This document shows, one piece after another, positions 12,119 through 27,100 of a stretch of 64,000 bases of DNA. Below the pieces are notes generated by a model. The model was not told the origin of the DNA. It did not search any database and saw only the letters and a program-made list of their open reading frames with translations. The DNA is from Perkinsus olseni (lineage: Eukaryota), in assembly GCA_013115125.1 (NCBI GenBank), contig JABANN010000101.1, forward strand, positions 1 through 64,000, written 5' to 3'. Both the position numbers and the translations under genes were made by a program. Within the stretch, counting starts at the first letter, position 1. Each line of letters starts with the position of its first letter.

Positions 12119-15100
12119 TCATGGAGCTTGATCGGCAAGGTTCAGCTTCCCAAGTTGCAACTCCGTTGCGAGGCGTGTATGTGCGAGTTGAACCTGCGAG
12201 AAATGCGAAAACTCAGCAGCTTTCTAGCCCTAGGGAATCTCGCCTCTTCAATGTTTCTCGTCAAATCTTTCATCGTTTCGCTGAAGGTGCTGATGCCCTC
12301 CAACACGTCCGCCATGTCTGCTCGCCATACACTCTGAGCCTGAGTCGTTTAACTTATCTTGTCGACCCTCGCTCGCTGCATCCCTGCCTCAGTCATCGCC
12401 TCGTTGAGTTCAGTGCTGACCAATTCCATCGAGGTGGCCGCATCAAATTTCAACTTCGAGGTTCTGTCACCGAGCTTCTCCATCTTGGTAAAAATAGTCT
12501 CCTGAATGGGCGAGCAGGGACGCTTCATCCGGGACTCGCCGTTGGTGACAGAGTCGGTCAGACCTGCATTCGAGCTATCCGTCGCATCCTCTCCTCGACC
12601 CGTTCGTCGTGGTAAGCGCTCTTGTATCGACGGATGATTTCCACCGCGCGCCCGCATCCGACAAGCTCGCATAGTTCCGGCATATCGTTCAGAAGCCGCT
12701 GCAGTTGAACTCTCGTAATTCTCTGAAACCACTGATGAGGGACAAAGAGGTGTCGCGTCTTGGCACTGACGGAGTCGGTTGAAGCTATAGAACAGCAGCG
12801 ACTGCATGAAGACGCGTACATCGCAGTGATCTGCCTGTTCCACGAGCTTGTACGCTTCTTCACGCTCCTCCGCGAATTGTGCTCTGTCTTCTTTAACCTT
12901 CGAATGCTCGACGATTCTCTCCGACATCCGTGCTGCCAACTGATAGTCCTTCTTCTGTTCAATCGACCAAGTGACTCACCGAATATTGAACCCTGAGCAG
13001 GCCTGTTCAATTCCAGGTTCCTCAATGCGGCCTCTCCTTCTCTTTCCGCGATGCTCTCCTCAATCTCGTACTGGAGCTCCCGTCTGAGACATCACACGAT
13101 CTCTAGACTGGCAACTCCCAAGCACAGTTCAACCTCTTTCTTTCCCAGGCTGCGACTAGGCAGGCCGGAAGGGCTCGGAGCTCAATCCATTGATCGTTCG
13201 GTCCGCCCACTTCCTCATCGTCGGCGAGATCTTGCACGAGAGACACCCCTCGGAGCTTGTAATAGTATGTGAACCTGAGTGACGCTGACATGGAGATCTC
13301 CAAAAGCTACAAGAAAGGCTCACAAGAAGGCCACCATCGGGTTGCGCCTTTGAGGATTCTCTCTTAACACGCTAGGGTCAGGGTTCTTGGCGAGGATCGT
13401 CACTTCGCTGTAAATATCAAGAACGATCCCGAAGAAGAAGGCCATCAACAGGAAGGTGATGAGAACTATGTATCTGTGGGGCAGAGAATATCGGGAGTTG
13501 AAGAGGATCGCACGTACATGACGAGGAGAAGCTTCCCCAATTGAGGCTCCTCGTGGAGGATCCGCTGCATATCAAAGTCTGTTGGTCCCCGCACGACCAT
13601 GAACAGGAGCGCGTAGAAACTGCCGTGTATCCAGGTGAAGTCGTCTACCTGGGAGGGGGTTTACATCACCACTCGCTGAGAAGGGATTACTATTGAGCCG
13701 AGAATGGCGTGGAACGACACCGCCAGCCCCGCAAGGAGGACCATGCATAATAGCGCTAAGACGAGCAGCTCGTATCTGGCAGTGGGTGGTGACGACGGCC
13801 CATTGCTGTGGCCCCCTACATGCAGCGTTCAATGACTCTGACGAATGGCCTGAAGGCGGCAACCACCACCATATACTTGAGCAGTTTGAGCCAGACAATG
13901 AGGGTGAGCAGGGAGAATGCGTTGCGGCTGCTCATCAGTGAATCGCGAAATACAGAGTATCTGAACGATCAGCCGGCCACCCAAGCGTGAGGAGAAGAAG
14001 CTTCAGACGCAGAGGACTGACGGCATGAAAACTGCTTGCGGCAGCGGAAGGAGTTCGGGCCGAAGGCTAGGCTCCTCATCCAAGACTGAGAGGAACTTCA
14101 ACCGTTCCGAGAGGTAGGTGAAGAACAGAGTAATAATGATGAAGTCAACGATGTTCCAGATGTACCTGCGGCGGAGCAGCTGCCGTTGCAGAGCATTCGG
14201 GGACCCTACGTGAAAAAGCGGACGAGACCTGTCCTGTAGAGGTTGGCCATGAAGTAGAGCATGAAGGCCAGGAACTGGCCGGTGATGACGATTTGATAGA
14301 CGAAGAGAGAGAGGTAGCTTCCGCTGTCGAGCATCACCTAACGAACATGCCAGGCGTGACCGCTGCGCCACGAAATTACCGGCAATGACATCTGATCGAC
14401 CGGCAAGGGAGTATGCTCTCGCTTGACGCCGACCGATCCATCGGGGCCGAACCTGTAAACAGCAAAGGAAACACTCTGTGGAGGCGTTCGTGGACTGTAC
14501 TCGAAGAGCAGCCTAGTGCTGACGACCATGTTGATGCTGGGGTTGAGGGTTGACAGCTCTATTATGATGGCACGAGTCGCCATATCCAACCACTCCCACT
14601 CCTCCAGGTCATCAGCAACCTGATAGCCACGTCAGAGGTCTCCTCGACTTGGCCAGAAGGGGCCCCACGCGGAAGGCTTGGACGATGTCTGCCGGCAAGT
14701 CGAAGATGTAGCCATCGCCGGTGTACTCAGAATAATTGCCGATGATGAGAGCCCCCTGTTGGGTCTCGTTCCTCGGCCGCCATCTGTCCAGTGGCAGAGC
14801 TTGAAAGGCGCAGCAACGACCAGCGGGCGGACATGTAGGCATCCTTCACCCGATCCGGTGTCCCAGTCTTGGCAATTTTAAACTTGTACTGGTCACCGGA
14901 GGACCACGGCCCGAAGCAAACCTGCAATGAGGAAGCATCGAGGGACTGCGGCTCCAAGGAACTCACCGAATGGACGGAGGCAAGATCGTCTTGAACGGCA
15001 CAAGCTCGCTGGGGAGTAACGGCGACTTGGCGTATCCTGATGGGCCCCAGCAGAATGTTGGTTTTCGTATCACCAACGTAGCGAGGCCTCCAGGCAATCG

Positions 15101-16345
15101 ATTCTGAGAGAGCGCGCTGGTAGCACTCGCTCACAGAGACCCCTTCACACCTTCATTGAGCACAAAGAGCGTGGCGGCATGCTCGGGCCAGACGCGAGGG
15201 CTCGAGGGCTCGAGGATGAGTTCTAAACAACAGGCACGGGTGATGGTGGGGGTAATACTCGGGCACTACCCGTCGCCGGAGTAGTAGTGGAAGCTGTGGG
15301 TGTTGGAATGGCGGTGGTAGTGGTGAGACCTGGGAAAGGTGGTCTCAAGCAGCGCCCCTCCCACGCCATACCTAGTAGCTCTAGGTCGAGACTGGTGTCA
15401 TTCGTCACTGCTTCGGTGGGCGTGGATGCTTCGACTGCTAACATGCCGTCGAGCCAACCCTCTGGAGGGGTCACGGCGGGAGTCAATGATGGGTACTCTC
15501 CTGCTGCGGATGACGCGTCGTCGTCCGTCGATCTACTCTGGATCACGGCCTGCCAAGGGGTAGCAGGGCTAGCCATGGGCTCGGGTTCTGGCATCCGCAC
15601 AGAGAGGATCATGCTGTGAGCGAACTTCGACTGTGTAACGATACAAAGAAAATCTACGTTGACAGCGTAGATGCAGCCGACTCTTCACCTGCTGGACAAG
15701 GTTCTGGTCTCCCACGACGTTGAAAGCTAGGGGAACAAGGGACTCTCGGTACCTGGCCCAGACTACTTCGCACCGCGTGAAGATGTCTGCTGCCTACCAT
15801 TCCCAGAAGGATGTAACGTCTTTAACCTTCTCTATCCTACACCCCACACTATGGTCTTCTGACGAACACTGTCCCCAGTATTGCTCCTGCTGCTGCCGGG
15901 CCTGGTACTCGAGGGAGGCATCAATATGGTTGTATCTTCGAAGAGCTTCAGCTCCTGCCGTACGCGTGTGCAGAGTTGTTTACAGGAAAGCGGTGAGACA
16001 GGCAACTAACGAGAGGTAGAATATCATCTCCAGTAGCATGAGCTTGAGGTTCCTGTACTCCATCGACCCAGCTTTGTACACAAAGCGCACCTGAGAACCG
16101 ATGAGTTCAACCTGTCGGAGTAAAACCTGGGATGAACCTGTGATGCGATGAGAACAGATCATTCTCCACGGTCGAGTTCGTTAACAGTGCTCGGGGTTGA
16201 TAAACAGCGGCAGAGACGAGCGAGGGTTGCTCACAGGTATCTTTTCGTAGTGTTTCCAGAAGGAACTATCCCCTAGGAACTTGTTAGAGTCTCGCTCAAG
16301 AGCAAACTCATCATACCTCGCTTCGAAGGGGTTCTCAAGGGACAT
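12119..16345 (-). CDS. Polycystin-2 (PKD2/TRPP)-like cation channel, multi-exon, with C-terminal coiled coil
   Basis: LLGPIRIRQVAV, YSEYTGDGYIFDLP, WLDMATRAIIIELSTLNPSINMVVSTRLLFE, IWNIVDFIIITLF and FLLMAFFFGIVLDIYSEV are TOP-domain and S1-S6 hallmarks. E/K/R-rich tail at about 12120-13100. Terminal exons are inferred. Confidence 0.85.
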
Positions 16346-16520
16346 CAACTTGAACAGGCTAACATGACGACGATGTGCCCGAAAGATGGTACTCCGAGTT
16401 CGGTCAACGGTGCACCCCGTGGTGAGCTGGGCCAGGCCCCGACTAGCTGCGCAACAGCAGTGGTAGGCTGATACCATCCAATGGTACACACATTCATGAC
16501 TGTATGTACAAGGGCACCAC

Positions 16521-17195
16521 TCACTCCCCACACTGGCAAGCATGCTGTAGGGGACGTGGGCAGTCCTTGGCCTTAGCATAGGGCCCAGGGTACTTGCCTC
16601 CAGTGTAGCGCACCGCAGCAGGAGTCCCGCGGTGCCACTGGCCAGTAGCGGATACGCTTAAGCCTTGCTGAAAGCCCGCCAAGTGCGCTACTGGGTTCCC
16701 TGAGCGAACGACCTCTGCGCTGTCGTACCGGCCAGGATTGCCGTAATCACATTGGAAGTCTCCCTTAGAAACTTGGAGACCCGCGACCTCGCCACACTCC
16801 ACATGACCTTTCGCGTTGCAGACCAAGCACGTGAGCCCAGCGTGGAGAGCAGGATTGCGGGTTTGACGATATGAGTAGACCGGGCAGGTCGCCAGGGATT
16901 TATGGCCGTATTTGCGACAGTAGGTGCAGAACTCACGGACCTCACACTGATCGTAGCTATGGCCCGCTTGAGCACATCGGAAACAGCGCTTTTCAGGGCA
17001 TACTGAGGTCTTGTGGGGGCCGAGGCACGCCCAGCAGACAGGCTCAGGGCCGAAATAGCGGTCCTTGCTACCGACCACCATGACATCTCTATGACAGGCG
17101 TCAGGATGCACTCGTAGGTAGTGAGCAAGGTACGGGTATTGAGCGTCCCTACCTTCTGTGGAGGCTGTCGTAGCGTGGGAGGCAGGACTATTCAT
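16521..17195 (-). CDS. CCHC zinc-knuckle protein (Air1/Air2/ZCCHC7-like), intronless
   Basis: Four tandem knuckles: CWACLGPHKTSVC, CFRCAQAGHSYDQC, CTYCRKYGHKSLATC and CLVCNAKGHVEC. Confidence 0.75.
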   Translation of the reverse strand: MNSPASHATTASTEGRDAQYPYLAHYLRVHPDACHRDVMVVGSKDRYFGPEPVCWACLGPHKTSVCPEKRCFRCAQAGHSYDQCEVREFCTYCRKYGHKSLATCPVYSYRQTRNPALHAGLTCLVCNAKGHVECGEVAGLQVSKGDFQCDYGNPGRYDSAEVVRSGNPVAHLAGFQQGLSVSATGQWHRGTPAAVRYTGGKYPGPYAKAKDCPRPLQHACQCGE

Positions 17196-17480
17196 GCTGA
17201 ACTGATTCAATACTTTGACATTTTAGAACCCTATCTCCTTCGAAAAGCCCAATAAAACAGGCACCGATGCTGCCAGCTACAATACCCCTTCGCCTTCGGA
17301 ACTGAGTTGACCCCACCAGGCCACCTCTTGCTAACGCCACCTGCTGATTTGCGCCGCCGGAAAGCCTTCACAATTGACGAAGAGTTCGAACGCAATGCGG
17401 GAACTATTGGTGTATCATTCGGACTACAAGCAGCAGTAATGGGGCGTATCTACAGCGGACTTTCCTGGACTGTGGTTAGC

Positions 17481-18771
<1,291 letters not shown>

Positions 18772-18985
18772 GCTACTATTGTTACAATATAGTCACTGGC
18801 CAGCAGGCACACCGCTGTCTTGTCAACGGCGATAGAAATGGGGAAAAGCACTACGATGGAAGACATTAGAGCGATCTAGAACACAACCCAAGGCGGGTAT
18901 CTGGACAACCCATGAGGAGAGTGAACAACATGGCAGGCATGGGGGAGGGCAATCTTACAAATCTCGAACTACATTATTAAAACCC

Positions 18986-21900
18986 CTAGTTACTATGGCG
19001 GCGACGAAGCTGTAAAATAGTATCAACAAGCGGCACTTGACTGGAAAGGAGCTTCAACTTGTGGAGTGCAAAGGCAGGCAGGAAGCAGACGACCACAAGG
19101 AGTAGGAGAATCAGCCAGAAGCCGACAGAACCGAGGGCGCTGAGGAGGTAACCTGAGGCGTCGTCGTCTTCCATCACCGAGTTGTAACCGAAGGTGAAAG
19201 CAATGTACAGGAGAAATTGAAAAAATACCATTGCTAGGATTAGAACCCAGGACCATTCCCTGGTATATTGTAATATGAGAACTGATACTAATGCCAGCAC
19301 TACCGTATATAACAGAATGGAGTCCATCCACAGGTCTGAGCTGAGGCCATGGCTTCCAACAGAAGCATTGGAGTACTGGCGGAAGGCCCAGACGCCGAAG
19401 TAGCACACTACAGACTGGAAGGTCCCTATTACTATCCAGTAGAAGAGAACGCGAGGATTGAAATTGTAGTTCGCAGCGGAGCGGTGATACAATTTGGGGA
19501 TAATTTGGTATCGCCAGGAGGCTGTGGTGACACTGGGCGGGTGACGTATTCGGCCATCCCCATTCGGTCCGTCCAGATCTGGATGAATATCACGATCGAA
19601 GAGGGCCGCAACAGTAAGGGGAAGGAGGCTGAAGGCTGAGTTGTACACCAATACGTAGAAGGAATCATACACTGTCTGACCGGACCATCGTGACGCAGTA
19701 CCGAAGTAGAACTGACACAGGGTGAAGAGGAAGTTCTTGTAGATGAAGAAGTTGATGTAGTGCGTCGTACGCTCATAATTCCATCGACCATGGAAGAACA
19801 TAAGACGATAGAGGTCACCGAATCTACTGATAGCGTAATCTGCCGTGCCCGCTGCCTGATACCCCTCCTGGCCGAATATACCAACACCCACGTGGGCTTG
19901 ATGTATCATATTGATATCATTAGCACCATCACCAATCGCCAACACTCTGCCTCTACCATAAAGCTCATCCTTCACCAGCCTAACAATGTCCCCCTTCTGT
20001 TTAGGATTCACTCGGCAGAAAACGGCCGACTCGCAGTGTTTGTCGCTGATGACGGAGCGGAGACGAGCGGCGCTTGGGGGCGACTGCAGTATAGCCGGCA
20101 AGGTGGCGCCATCTACCACCACCGAATATTTCTGCCCGGAGGCGCCAGGCTGGGGCACTGGTTTGGATTCAACCGTCAAACTCATCCCACGTACGAGGCG
20201 ACGAGGTCGCGCCTCTTGCTCCTGGAAATGATAAGCTCAGAAGGCACAGCGGCAACGCCCATGACAGGCGGTTAGCTTACCGGAAACGCTCCGGGCACGA
20301 CAGAAAGGGATGGATCCTTCTCAGTCTGCTCCTCTTCATCCACGAGTCCCCAGACGACCCGCTCCTCAACGAACTGAACTCCTTCCTCTCTTGCACTCCG
20401 GGCATCTATGAAGGCGTATTGGGCCGAGATCTGGTGATGGTATGGTACGGCGAGTACTACCAGGTATACTGCTCTCCGATACACGCATGGTGGCGAGACT
20501 AACGCAGCTGCCTCCATCACTGCCGTCTGGTGGACTACACAGAACTCTGTACCTGAGTACTTGCCATACCACTCTTCGCCCAAATCGTCCCATCATTACA
20601 TATTATCTGGGTTACTAATTAGGTTGCAACTCCTGGCGATGTTGATGGCTGTTTCCCGCTTGTCACCAGTGATCATCGCAACCGTTATACCAGCGTTTCG
20701 GAGGGCTTCCACAGTCTCGGGAACCTCATCCTGACCACCCACCGTTGAGGAAATGCAAGATAGCAAGAGGGCTCACTTGAAGTTTGTCCTCCACTGCCGT
20801 ACATCCAAGCAAGGTTAACTCAGTTTCGATTCTTTCATCGCAGATTTTCGCCACCTTCTCTTCTCTGAAGGCCATATCTCCAACCTGTGCCTCGTGCAGC
20901 TCCTTGGCGATGACCTCCCACTCACTGAACCGCAGCTCACGATACGCTACACACAGCGTTCCTGCAACAAGGACCATCCAGGCTCCTAGACAGCAGATGG
21001 GAGTGAGCCTACGATAGCCCTTCTCAGCGAAGCTCTTGACCATTCGCTCTGTGTGCTCCAGTGTCCGGTCCAGAACTGCGTCAGCGTTCACTACACACCT
21101 GGCAACCACCGAGCTGTCTGCACCCTTCGTAAACACGGAAACAATTTTGTCAGGGATATCTGAAGTACGGACAGGTAACCATTGACGTGTTGCCGACACG
21201 AGCGTACCTGGGCCAGTGTCCGTGACTACGGTGCTCATCATTCTCCTCTCACTGGTGAACTCCACCACATGCAGCACCTTAAACTCCTTCGTTCCACCAC
21301 TCGGGTGCTCCAGCTCGATTGATAACGGCGTCCGGTCGATAAATTGGAAACCAAAGTCAGCGGCGGCGCCCACTAGTGCACTTTCGTCGGGAGAAGTTCC
21401 CTGGTACAATATGGGGCCCTCTTCGCAATCTAACCCAGTCTTGCTCTCTTGCATTTTCTCAATTGTCGTAGCAGACCGGAAGCTGCCCAGCTTCTGGCGA
21501 CCCAGATAGAGGCAGGGGTAGCAGCAGCCCGTCTTCTCCCCTCTGGGAGTGTCCATATCCTCGACTGCACTACGCTTAGCCCTCACCCTTTGGCAGGAGT
21601 GGTTGATAGCTAGACCCAGAAGGAACCGCTCCAAGTTGGGGTCGTGTTGGGCTAGAGCATTTTGGAAACATCCGACCAGCTCAGCAGAAGGTGGGAGGAC
21701 GTCAGTGAAGTGAGTGCGTCTTCTCACACGGACCGTGCTCAAGAACGTGGAATTATCCTCTAGGAGTTCTTCAGAGTACGTTTTGCCTCCGACCGCTGCG
21801 CCCTTAAATTCCATCTTGTTGCAGGTGAGCGTGCCGGTCTTATCGGAGAACACGTGCGTTACCATACCCAACTCTTCATGCATGTTCTTAGCATTACACC

Positions 21901-23726
21901 GAGCGTGGAGATCTCTGAGAACAAATGCCGCTGCCGGGAATCGAACCAGGGGCCCCAGGAACAGAATTCTTCCCGCACTACCGTTTTTCATCGTGTAACT
22001 GTAGGTCCCACTCAATAAGATAGGATTGCGCGAACTTGATGACATCAACACTCACCCAGAGTGAGACTGGTATGAGAGTGTTGAGCAGGAGGAAGTAGGA
22101 TATATAGGTTACCACTTCCGATTGGTAAGACAAGCCTTCTAAATACCTGCCACACAAGGTCATAGACACTTACTACAGTACTGCGAACTGAGGGGAATAT
22201 CATTACGAAGTTTCCATCAGTCAATCAACGACTCACGGCAAAATTTGAATATTTCCCTCGGGGAGGTGGCAGCAGGGTATTACCAAGGTGGATCTGTATC
22301 TCCGTCTTCCTCTCCTGCCTGTGGGTAAGTGGAGGTAAATATAGTAGCAAGACCGCAGAGTAAGGCTTGGAGTATGAACAGTACCAACACGTACTTGTTC
22401 ATGGCCTTGTCTACTGTACTCTGCTTGCGTTGTCCCATCGAGTGAGCTGAGAAGCATCACCTCAATACCCCTATAACTATAACTACCACTGCTACTAGTA
22501 CTACCACGACTGTTCATTATCGCCTTCGTCTCACTCCCTGCATACACAACTACCCCGGCAGCCCAGGGTGTGTTACGTAAACTGCATCCTCTTAGCAATC
22601 TGAATAGAATACTCCTACCGAAACAGATATGCTGAGAACTCACATATTGTCAATAGATACCGCCTCCGTGTTGTCCGACGACCTAGTGTGATCGGATACC
22701 GTCGCAATAGTACCCTGGAATCTGCACAGGTGAGGAACGGTGGTGAATGCTCCAGCGCCGGCGGCGGCTTACTTCATCATGTCGGTGCTAGGCGCTTCAC
22801 AGTCGATGAAGAAGCTACCGACCAGCGCTGATAACTTCACAATCTCCGCATTCATAAGACTGGTTGAATCTTCAATCAGCTGAGAAGACATTCTCCGAAG
22901 CAAGCGAGCGGAAGAGTGCCTACAGGCGTATCCGCGATCTCCTCAACAACAACCTTCGGCGATGCCTGTCCGTCCTCGCTGCTAGGCCCACCGATATCTG
23001 CACGATACACCTTCATAAGACAAGAGAAGCAACGAGCCTACCTAGTTGGACGCTGCCCGGCCTGCGTCCCACTGCAGAGGGGTTGGTCGCTAGCACAGTC
23101 CCAACCAACTTAGGAGCCTCTCTCGTCTTCAAGTTAGTCTCCCCATCCAGGTTACTCGTTTCCATATACGCCACCGATCCAGTTTTGGCGTTTTCAGCGT
23201 GTGAAGAAAGCAATAATACCAAATCCGCAGGGAAATGTTCACGCTCTTTGACAATGACGATATCACCAGGGTGGATATCAGACCATTGCCTCCTCACTAG
23301 ATGCCCATCTCGATGCACGACAAGGGCGAGGGTACGATTGATCTCCCTGTCACGCAAGTAGGCCTGATATTCCTCGATAAACTCTCGGCCGACCGAGACG
23401 ATGAGCACGAATATCAACGGAGCGACCGAAGCGAAGGGATTGAGGGAACCGACGTCGGGCAGATTGGCGAGGACGGCGGCCAGGAGGAAGTAGCAGTTGG
23501 ACAGACGCCGGAATTGGAAAATTATCGATAACGGGAGGAAGGTAGCCCAGGTGTACTCCCGTGTTGATACGCTATTACTGCTGTACAGGTGGGAGCTTTC
23601 ACCTGAGGATGGAGCAACGACATAAGGCGGGATGCTTACTGTACTAGTAGTATTACCAACAACAAGGTGGCGAAGTTGGGGGTGAACCGCCATAACCTTG
23701 GATATTGAGGCGCGCCATGAAGGCAT
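18986..23726 (-). CDS. P4-type ATPase (phospholipid flippase), copy 1, multi-exon
   Basis: [12 protein letters not shown] (DGET = P4), [66 protein letters not shown], then C-terminal transmembrane helices. Confidence 0.95.
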
Positions 23727-24130
23727 TGAGGGGGTCTAGACAGATTGCCCACTACTGAAACGGACAGTACAGCGAGCGTTAGAATGAACGCAATACTAAG
23801 CTGCTCTCAGATGATCGACAAGTAGGAGCAAATACTCCAGGATGAACTACTACAGGCTGAGAGATTTACCAATAATATCGCAATCATCGTCATTATCATC
23901 ATAATCACCTATAAGAGCCATGGCCTGCTCCAAAGGCATGAACTATATATACGATCACCAATGCGGGGAGGGAGTACCGGCTACTAGATTACCAAGTGTT
24001 CAGAGAGGCTCCTTCACATTGTGGTGGTGGTAGTGGTAGTGACCACGAAGACAGACGACGAGAGCATAACAACAAAAAGTTAAACGTCTAGAGCCCTCAA
24101 TGACAGGATGGGAGGATGATCAAACTAGCG

Positions 24131-24166
<36 letters not shown>
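24131..24166. repeat. (TAC)12 microsatellite immediately 3' of the flippase copy 2 stop codon
   Basis: tactactac... runs for 36 nt and abuts the minus-strand TGA at 24167-24169. Confidence 0.95.
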
Positions 24167-24169
<3 letters not shown>

Positions 24170-27100
24170 AACTACAGCATCTACCCTGTCCATGTAATGG
24201 TGGTCATCGGGCTCACCCACCCTCGAGTGACGATGCCCTCGTCTTCGCCGATTCCGGTCCTCCCTGCGGGTCTTCCGTTTATAAGAAGCCCTTCTCTCCT
24301 GCAACTGGTCAGAGAAGTACGCATGATCGGTTAACTGCCGAAGCTTAGCAGCACCCACTATTGGAAGTACACAGGCAGAGGTGATGAGAAGGAGGATGAG
24401 CCAGAAGGTGATGTTACCAGTGGTAGCCACAGCTTGGCGATAGACATCACTGCCGAACCATAGATCATAGATGTACACGAAGGCAACGTAAATGACTATG
24501 TTCAGGATAGTATTACAAAAGATGAAGAGCTTGGTCCATTCTACAGTATAGTAGAATATGAGAGTCGTTACCATCACCATTATGAATGAGTAAAGGAGAA
24601 TCGACATCATCCAGTAGGAGGCCACCTGACCGTTACTCATCAAGGGTGTGCCCGTGTAACCCCAATAACCCCATACAGCATAGAAGGCTAACAAGGACTG
24701 AATGGTCCCGATCACTATCCACTTGAGGAGAATGCTCGAGCCAAAGTTGTAGTTCTGGTTGGTTCTATGATAAAGCTTAGGTACGATCTGCTCATACCAC
24801 ACCCCGACCGTAACGCCTGGTGGATGAGGCATTCGACCACACCCCTTGGGCGCCGGGGCATCCAAGTCTGGGTCAATATCCTTATCGAAGAGGGCCGCGA
24901 TGAAGAGAGGTGCCAGACAGAAAACAGAATTATAGGTAAGGACGTACCAACTCTCAAAGACGGTCTGACCGGTCCAGAAGGATACAATCCCGAACCAGAA
25001 CTGGCACAGAGTGTATACAAAATTCTTGTAGATGAAGAAGTTGATAAAATGTGTATTACGCTCGTAGTTTATCCGACCATGAAAGAACATAAGACGATAG
25101 AGGTCATCGAATCTACTGATAGCGTAATCTGCTGTGCCCGCTGCCTGATAGCCCTCCTGGCCGAATATACCAACACCCACGTGGGCTTGATGTATCATAT
25201 TGATATCATTAGCACCATCACCAATCGCCAACACTCTGCCTCGCTTATCAAGACTGTCCTTAACCAAATGAACTATTTCTCCCTTCTGCTTCGGATTCAC
25301 TCGGCAGAACACCGCGGACTCGCATTGACCGTAGGTGAGCACTTCCAACAGCTTCTTCCTGCTAGTCGGGTTCACAAGAATAGTGGCTAGACTTGCGCCA
25401 TCAATAACCAGCGAGAATTTCTCAGTAGTTGCTGTTGGGTTCCCATCCGGAGTGCTATATCCGCTGCGCGCTGACGCGACCCGCATCGGGGATACAGGGA
25501 GTCGGGACGCGTTCGAAGCCGTTCGCGATACCAGCCTCTTGGCCTGATGAAAAAAAGGGGAAATGGCCATTTGTGAAATTGGAGCGCCCGAGAACGAAGA
25601 TCCAGCAACCATCTCAACTTCTAATCGATCAAAATGAATGCGCTAAAAAGATCCACTATATCTGCTACGACGCAAAAGGCAACCTCGGAAGCTCGGGAGC
25701 TGTTAAGAAAGTAAGAGGAGGATAGGAAACACCGGACACGGGACCCCGCCTTGATCACCTGCTGCTCGTTGCGAATCTTGTCTTCTATGTCCTGACCCTC
25801 CCCCGTAAGCTCCCATATTGCTAGGGGGTTAGGCCCCAGCAGCATATCTGTATCATCATCATCGACGTCCTGCTGTTCATCTAATGAGCCCGGCTCCAGT
25901 GGTGTGTCCACTCCCAATGCCGGCTCTTTGGCCTCTGAGGGCAAAACACATGACGATACATCAAGATAACAGTGAAAGGGGTGGCAACAACATATCCCAC
26001 TAGAGCAGCGGCTCTTGGATGCTGGACTCAGTCCGAGGCCCCTAGAATTGCTAGACAGTCCTATTGCGCCACCCCAAAGAGATCCGACAGGGGGAGGGGA
26101 GAATCCCTTCTACGACCAGCTACTGTGCAGTACAAGATATCAAAGAAAGCATCGCTCCGTCTCACCTAGAAGCTGCTGCAAGCTCCTGATTGGCACGAAG
26201 TTACCACCACCGAACATGTTGTTTTGGCTCATCATAGTGTACCTAAACTTCACCTCATCATTTGCTTGATCCTACCCCCATCAACCGACTTACACATTCT
26301 GTTTACTGGTGACAAGCCGACAACTCCTAGCAATGTTGATTGCAGTCTCTCTCTTGTCACCAGTGATCATACACACAGTTATATTGGCATTCCGCAGAGA
26401 GGCGATAGTCTCCGGAACCCCATCCTGATGACAACGATCGTAGCAGCAACAAGAAGGCGGCAGTGGTAGAATAGTCGAAGGCCTACTTGAAGTTTGTCCT
26501 CCACTGCTGTACACCCTAGCAAGGTGAAGTCAACTTCAACTTCCTTGGCATCGATCTCGCTGACGAGATGTTCCCTCTCAGCCACCTTAGCCTGGGCCGC
26601 ATCGATCTCACTCTGGATGGCCTTCCATGCTGATAGGGGTATCATACGATATGCAACGCATAGAGTACCTGATACCAAGTGAGCTTGACATCACCAAAGC
26701 ACGCAGTCAAATGCCGAGGGACACGAACATTGCTTGCGTACACCAAGGATTCCTAATTCCCACGAAAGGGTGACCACCCTATTCCCCTTAACTTGGCTGC
26801 TTACGGAATCCTGTCTCAGCGAACCTTCCGACCATCCTCTTGGTATGCGCCCTGACCTTGCTCTCCTCTGTTGTATTGTTCACACACTTGGGTAAAACAG
26901 AGCTGTCAGCTCCTTTGGTATAAATGTACACAGGCTTATCATCAGTATCTAATACCAAAACTCCAACAACTCACAGAGCCCTGATATCATCGTTCTTACC
27001 AGCTGTGTCATTGTCAGTAACAACGACTGTCATCATCCTCCGCTCGCTAGTGAACTCCACCACGTGTAGAAGCCTCCAAGTCTTCTCAGTGCCATCCGGT

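Noticed and set aside
16521-17195. Retroelement gag interpretation of the CCHC knuckles
   Set aside because: No protease, reverse transcriptase, integrase or LTRs nearby; knuckle spacing fits a cellular Air1/2-like protein.
21915-21981. Functional tRNA gene in the flippase intron
   Set aside because: No anticodon arm or acceptor-stem pairing and a mismatched T-stem; reported only as a tRNA-like relic.
24100-24348. ORFs with poly-Leu or poly-Tyr runs
   Set aside because: Translation artefacts of the (TAC)12 microsatellite in the 3' flank of the flippase.
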